Origin: Podarcis muralis
Lineage: Eukaryota
Direction: 5' to 3'
DNA length: 64,000 bases
NCBI RefSeq assembly: GCF_964188315.1
Contig: NC_135657.1
Coordinates: 67,332,001-67,396,000, forward strand
Notes under the pieces: model-generated
The model's input: only the letters and a program-made list of their open reading frames with translations
The model's database searches: none
Told to the model about the DNA's origin: nothing
Shown: piece after piece, positions 62,293 to 64,000 of the stretch
How the letters are laid out: every line of letters begins with the position of its first letter
Position numbering within the stretch: the first letter of the stretch is position 1
Made by a program: the position numbers and the translations under genes

Positions 62293-64000
62293 TCCTCATA
62301 GCACAGTTTCCCTGAATTTTAGCATGAAATCTGGTTAGGTTTTTAGTGTTTTAAATCATCCTAAAGTGATTCTGATCACCCAGAGCAGTCTCTGGTCTCA
62401 TAAAAGACTCCCAAATACCCTCTGCAACTTGCCATTCCCAAGATCCCTTTGACAAACTGGTGAGCAGCTTGCAAGTCATTTGGGGCAACAACTGGACGAG
62501 TTTGAATTCATTTTACCCAGGCCATCCACACTGTAAGAAAAGAAATAGCTCAATTTACCCATTCGGGTGAGGAAGCTGTGGCCCTCCAGATACTGCCGGA
62601 GTCATCTCCCATCAGCTCCTGCCAGTACATACAGAGATCATGGGAGTTAGAGTCCAGTAACAATTGAAGGGCCACAGGTTCCCCTCCCTGAATCAGAATG
62701 TATCCAAGCAGCTCATATATGTATTGATTTCAACAGTCACTATGACACAAAAGGTGCAATTCTACACGATAGGCTTGTTCCTGTGGGGGGGGGGGCGTTT
62801 GGTATAATATGGGCTGATTTCTTTTTATTTAGATGATGTTTTGAACTGCTAATAATATTGCAGTGTGGGATTGAAGGTTGGTATGGATTTGTAATGTTAT
62901 GAATTTCATGGTTCCTGCTTTAAAAAAAAAATATGCTTTTAAAGTTGCCTGGAGACCATTTGTTATTGACAAATCCTAACAAATCCTTCTTCATTATCTC
63001 TTAAGGCACACTAGCTAAAGGGGCTATGGGACATTGCAGAAGCCCCACAATGCATGAGTGGAACATGAAGAATGTTGGCGCCACTTGAGATATGCCAGCA
63101 CAACTGCAAAGATATGCCAGTGCAGTGCAGTTCTGTGCTACATTAACACAACTCTACCAATGTAGAACCTAAAATAGGGTGTTGGCATGGACAGTCAGGA
63201 TAGGGGAGGCATAAACCTATGTCAATTCCTACGCCTTCAGATCTCAAACTTGTCCCCAAAGATGGTTGAACTTTATGAAAGAGCCGAGGGAGGGGGAATC
63301 TTCCATTCCACTCATCCCCCATACTGCATATCAATGCAACAGAGGACAGGATATGACATAACTCTGCATATGAACACCCACCCAACCCTGGGTGATATAG
63401 CCTGGAGCTATACCAGACTGGCTGCATGTCACAGACACTTAGAGCACACAAGGGGAAAACCCAGTGGCTGAAAATATAGAGAAAGGCACTTTGCACAAAG
63501 AGGGAGCACTTTGCATAAAACAGCCTGCCAGGAAAGAACATGGAAAGAGCACATTGAGGACACTTCCCTAACAGACTGCATACATTAGTGACCACCAATT
63601 AGAGTTCAATGTGGCCCTGCTAGAGCGATATCACAATGAAAATGTGGAGACATCTCAGAGGTGACCTGGCAACACCAAACTCCGCAACACCCCTACATGC
63701 AGAGGTAAGGTCTGAGCCACATATACGTAAGCAAAGGAAGGGAGCAACCCACAAAATATGCCAAGTTAAATATGAAAAGCCCTGCCAAAATACATATTTT
63801 TGTAAAATGAGAATGGGGACAGAGACTGATGGGACAATATAATCTTATGCAGTGAATAGTTTTAAAAACATACTTATAGAACTTCACTGCTTGCTTGCTT
63901 GCTTGCTTTTTCTTCTGGAAGGCTGAGCTGTGTATGCCACAACCCTGACAACTGATAGATATTATTAGCATACTATCAGTTCTTGGCCAAATTCACCTAA

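Noticed and set aside
63143-63598. 151-aa minus-strand ORF
   Set aside because: No homology recognised; composition typical of random non-coding frames.
1-64000. Host protein-coding gene
   Set aside because: No set of ORF segments with recognisable homology and consistent splice signals was found by eye; small exons of a large gene cannot be excluded without RNA-seq or alignment.

Overview
Vertebrate, repeat-rich, apparently intronic or intergenic DNA. The mix of Sauria/Squam1 SINEs, BovB, CR1, L2 and small hAT/Tc1 MITEs points to a squamate, most likely a lacertid lizard (inference). No host protein-coding exon, tRNA/rRNA gene or CRISPR array can be supported. The only long ORFs belong to retrotransposons. 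The centrepiece is a near full-length CR1 LINE (53001-57646, +). It has ORF1 (zinc finger/coiled coil + SGNH esterase), ORF2 (APE endonuclease + RT), a (TTCTATGA)n tail and a 5' UTR built from three 147-bp, essentially CpG-free tandem monomers, and it sits inside a Tc1/pogo-type MITE. Two 5'-truncated sisters of the same young CR1 family lie at 37934-39123 and 47612-47684. One ~240-bp tRNA-derived SINE has been split by two independent LINE insertions (CR1 and L2). Several hAT MITEs keep perfect 8-bp target-site duplications (TSDs), and one carries an exact heptamer-octamer POU-binding site. Repeat-free, TAAT-rich stretches may be conserved enhancers but cannot be confirmed from sequence alone. 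All alignments were done by eye, and family names were recognised from memory without database searches.
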